Source: an uncultured Desulfobacteraceae bacterium (GTDB taxonomy: Bacteria > Desulfobacterota > Desulfobacteria > Desulfobacterales > UBA5616). Taken from it: a stretch of DNA of 42,900 bases. Positions within the stretch are counted from its first letter, which is position 1. Every line of letters begins with the position of its first letter. The stretch covers positions 1 to 42,900 of the forward strand of contig CAYTSY010000008.1 of the NCBI GenBank assembly GCA_964440555.1, read 5' to 3'. Under the pieces are notes generated by a model. The model was not told the DNA's origin. It did no database searches and was given only the letters and a program-made list of their open reading frames with translations. This document shows, in pieces, positions 41,424 to 42,900 of this stretch. The position numbers were made by a program, and so were the translations under genes.

Positions 41424-42881
41424 ATGCAGTCAAAAAAATATCGCCGAAAAAGGTTATGGCGAAATGCATTCGCAGGGCTTCTTTTGCTTTTCTGGTTTGC
41501 GGCCGCAGGGCCGTCGTCCACGGCTTCAGAAGTTGCCGCTCCTGCTTTCCGTTTGTTGAATGCGGATGATTTTTCCCGGATTGCCGAAATGGCCGCGCCT
41601 GCCGTCGTGAATATCCGTACTGAAAGAACGATTGAAGGGGGAGGCCCGGTTTTTCGGTATTATGATGAATCTCCCGGGCAAAATCCGGTGCCCTCCAACC
41701 CATTTTTCGATCAATTTCTTGGAGAAGGCCCCGGCAAAAAGTATAAGGAGAGAAGCCTGGGGTCCGGTTTTTTTATAGATAAATTCGGAGACATCGTGAC
41801 CAATCACCATGTCGTCGACGGAGCGGATAAAATCAGGGTTCGGCTTGAGGATGGACGGGAGTTCGATGCCGAGGTCGTTGGTTCCGACCCTCAAACGGAT
41901 TTGGCTCTGATCAGAATCGATGCCCAGATTATTTCCCCGGTGATTCCCGAAGGAAACTCGGACCAGTTGAAAGTGGGTGAATGGGTAACAGCCATCGGAA
42001 GCCCTTTCGGATTGGAGCAGACTGTGACTATCGGGATTGTCAGCGGAAAAGGACGCTCGATCGGAATGGGTGTTTTTGACGACTTCATTCAAACTGATGC
42101 GTCCATCAATCCGGGCAACAGCGGAGGCCCTCTGTTGAATGTAAAGGGGGAGGTCGTCGGCGTTAATACGGCGATGTATGCCGGCGGCTTTGGAATCGGA
42201 TTTGCCATTCCCATGAACATGGCCAGGGATGTATTGCGCCAGATTATGGAATACGGAGAAGTTTCAAGGGGGTGGCTTGGTATCACCGTTGAGGATATAG
42301 ATGATTCCGCCCGGCGATATTTTGGGATAGGCGACAGACAAGGCGTAATCGTCGTCAATGTCTGGGAGGGAAATCCGGCCGATGAAGCGGGAATCGAACC
42401 CAATGACCTCATCCTTGAAATTGACGGCAAGCCTGTAACAAAAACAACGGATATGCCCAGGATCATTTCCGGCGTTCGGGCGGGCAAAACGATTGATGTC
42501 AAAGTGTTTCGGGATGGCGAAGAAAGCATCTGCAAAACAAAGGTGACCCGAAGGGAGAACGTCGATACCGGCGCCCTGAAGCCCGCCAAAGGCTTTGCAG
42601 CCAAACTCGGCATCCGGATCATTGATTTATCTCCTGAAACAGCCGCCCGTTTCGATTTGGAGCAAAACGACGGCGTTCTGATCGTGGAGATCGACCCCGA
42701 CGGCATTGCCGGGCAAACCGGCATCCTGCCGGGAGATGTCATTAAAGAGGTCAATCACAACAGCATAAGAACCGTTGAGGATTACAAACGACAGGTCCGA
42801 AGCATTGGAAAAGGGGTCGAAGCCCAATTTTTGATTCAACGAAAAACCGCCGGATACCTGGTGGTGAAATTTATCCGATAA
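41424..42881 (+). CDS. Periplasmic serine endoprotease DegP/HtrA (Do family, two PDZ domains)
   Basis: Signal peptide from the ATG at 41424. Catalytic triad contexts TNHHVV, DLALIRI and GNSGGPL, plus two PDZ-like segments. The ORF-track start at 41301 translates the repeat region. Confidence 0.9.
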   Translation: MQSKKYRRKRLWRNAFAGLLLLFWFAAAGPSSTASEVAAPAFRLLNADDFSRIAEMAAPAVVNIRTERTIEGGGPVFRYYDESPGQNPVPSNPFFDQFLGEGPGKKYKERSLGSGFFIDKFGDIVTNHHVVDGADKIRVRLEDGREFDAEVVGSDPQTDLALIRIDAQIISPVIPEGNSDQLKVGEWVTAIGSPFGLEQTVTIGIVSGKGRSIGMGVFDDFIQTDASINPGNSGGPLLNVKGEVVGVNTAMYAGGFGIGFAIPMNMARDVLRQIMEYGEVSRGWLGITVEDIDDSARRYFGIGDRQGVIVVNVWEGNPADEAGIEPNDLILEIDGKPVTKTTDMPRIISGVRAGKTIDVKVFRDGEESICKTKVTRRENVDTGALKPAKGFAAKLGIRIIDLSPETAARFDLEQNDGVLIVEIDPDGIAGQTGILPGDVIKEVNHNSIRTVEDYKRQVRSIGKGVEAQFLIQRKTAGYLVVKFIR

Positions 42882-42900
42882 ACTTCATTCACGGGGGGGA

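Overview
About 43 kb of chromosomal DNA at roughly 50% GC, with no rRNA genes, CRISPR arrays, transposases or integrases. Gene content suggests a sulfur- or sulfate-metabolising Desulfobacterota (Desulfobacterales-like) genome; this is inference only. From left to right on the + strand: a truncated SurA-like gene (-), tRNA-Arg(TCT) (-), rpoH, a TPR lipoprotein, a LolB-like lipoprotein, an ATP-grasp protein, a dGTPase-like HD protein, a UPF0280 protein, a HIT protein, a LapA-like gene interrupted by an in-frame TGA, mutS and an AMIN-domain amidase. These are followed by crotonase, paaK, an ACT-domain protein and a five-gene Liv-type ABC transporter, then a small membrane protein with a GAF-GspE ATPase. 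queH, yggS and maf lie on the - strand, followed by a Rossmann/Cys protein coupled to rsmG (+), an acyltransferase (-) and an AT-rich RelE/XRE toxin-antitoxin islet (-). The most interesting part is a 12-gene minus-strand locus (37405 down to 28382). It encodes an outer-membrane beta-barrel, YeeE, TusA, DsrE-like and small conserved proteins (a YTD-type sulfur-relay cluster), a secreted cytochrome-like protein, an octaheme c-type cytochrome, a cytochrome b, a MenA-like prenyltransferase and a CPBP protease. It is preceded by a candidate -24/-12 promoter and an array of GTTAAC/ATTAAC dyads, and it is divergent from a PAS (Cys-rich) sigma54 enhancer-binding protein. Downstream come a DUF3786-like protein, inositol-3-phosphate synthase, an FmdB zinc ribbon and HtrA/DegP. 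A second unexplained signal is that at least ten intergenic sites carry short arrays with strict 7-nt periodicity, often arranged as partially complementary inverted arms. All family assignments come from motif reading by eye; no database search was run.
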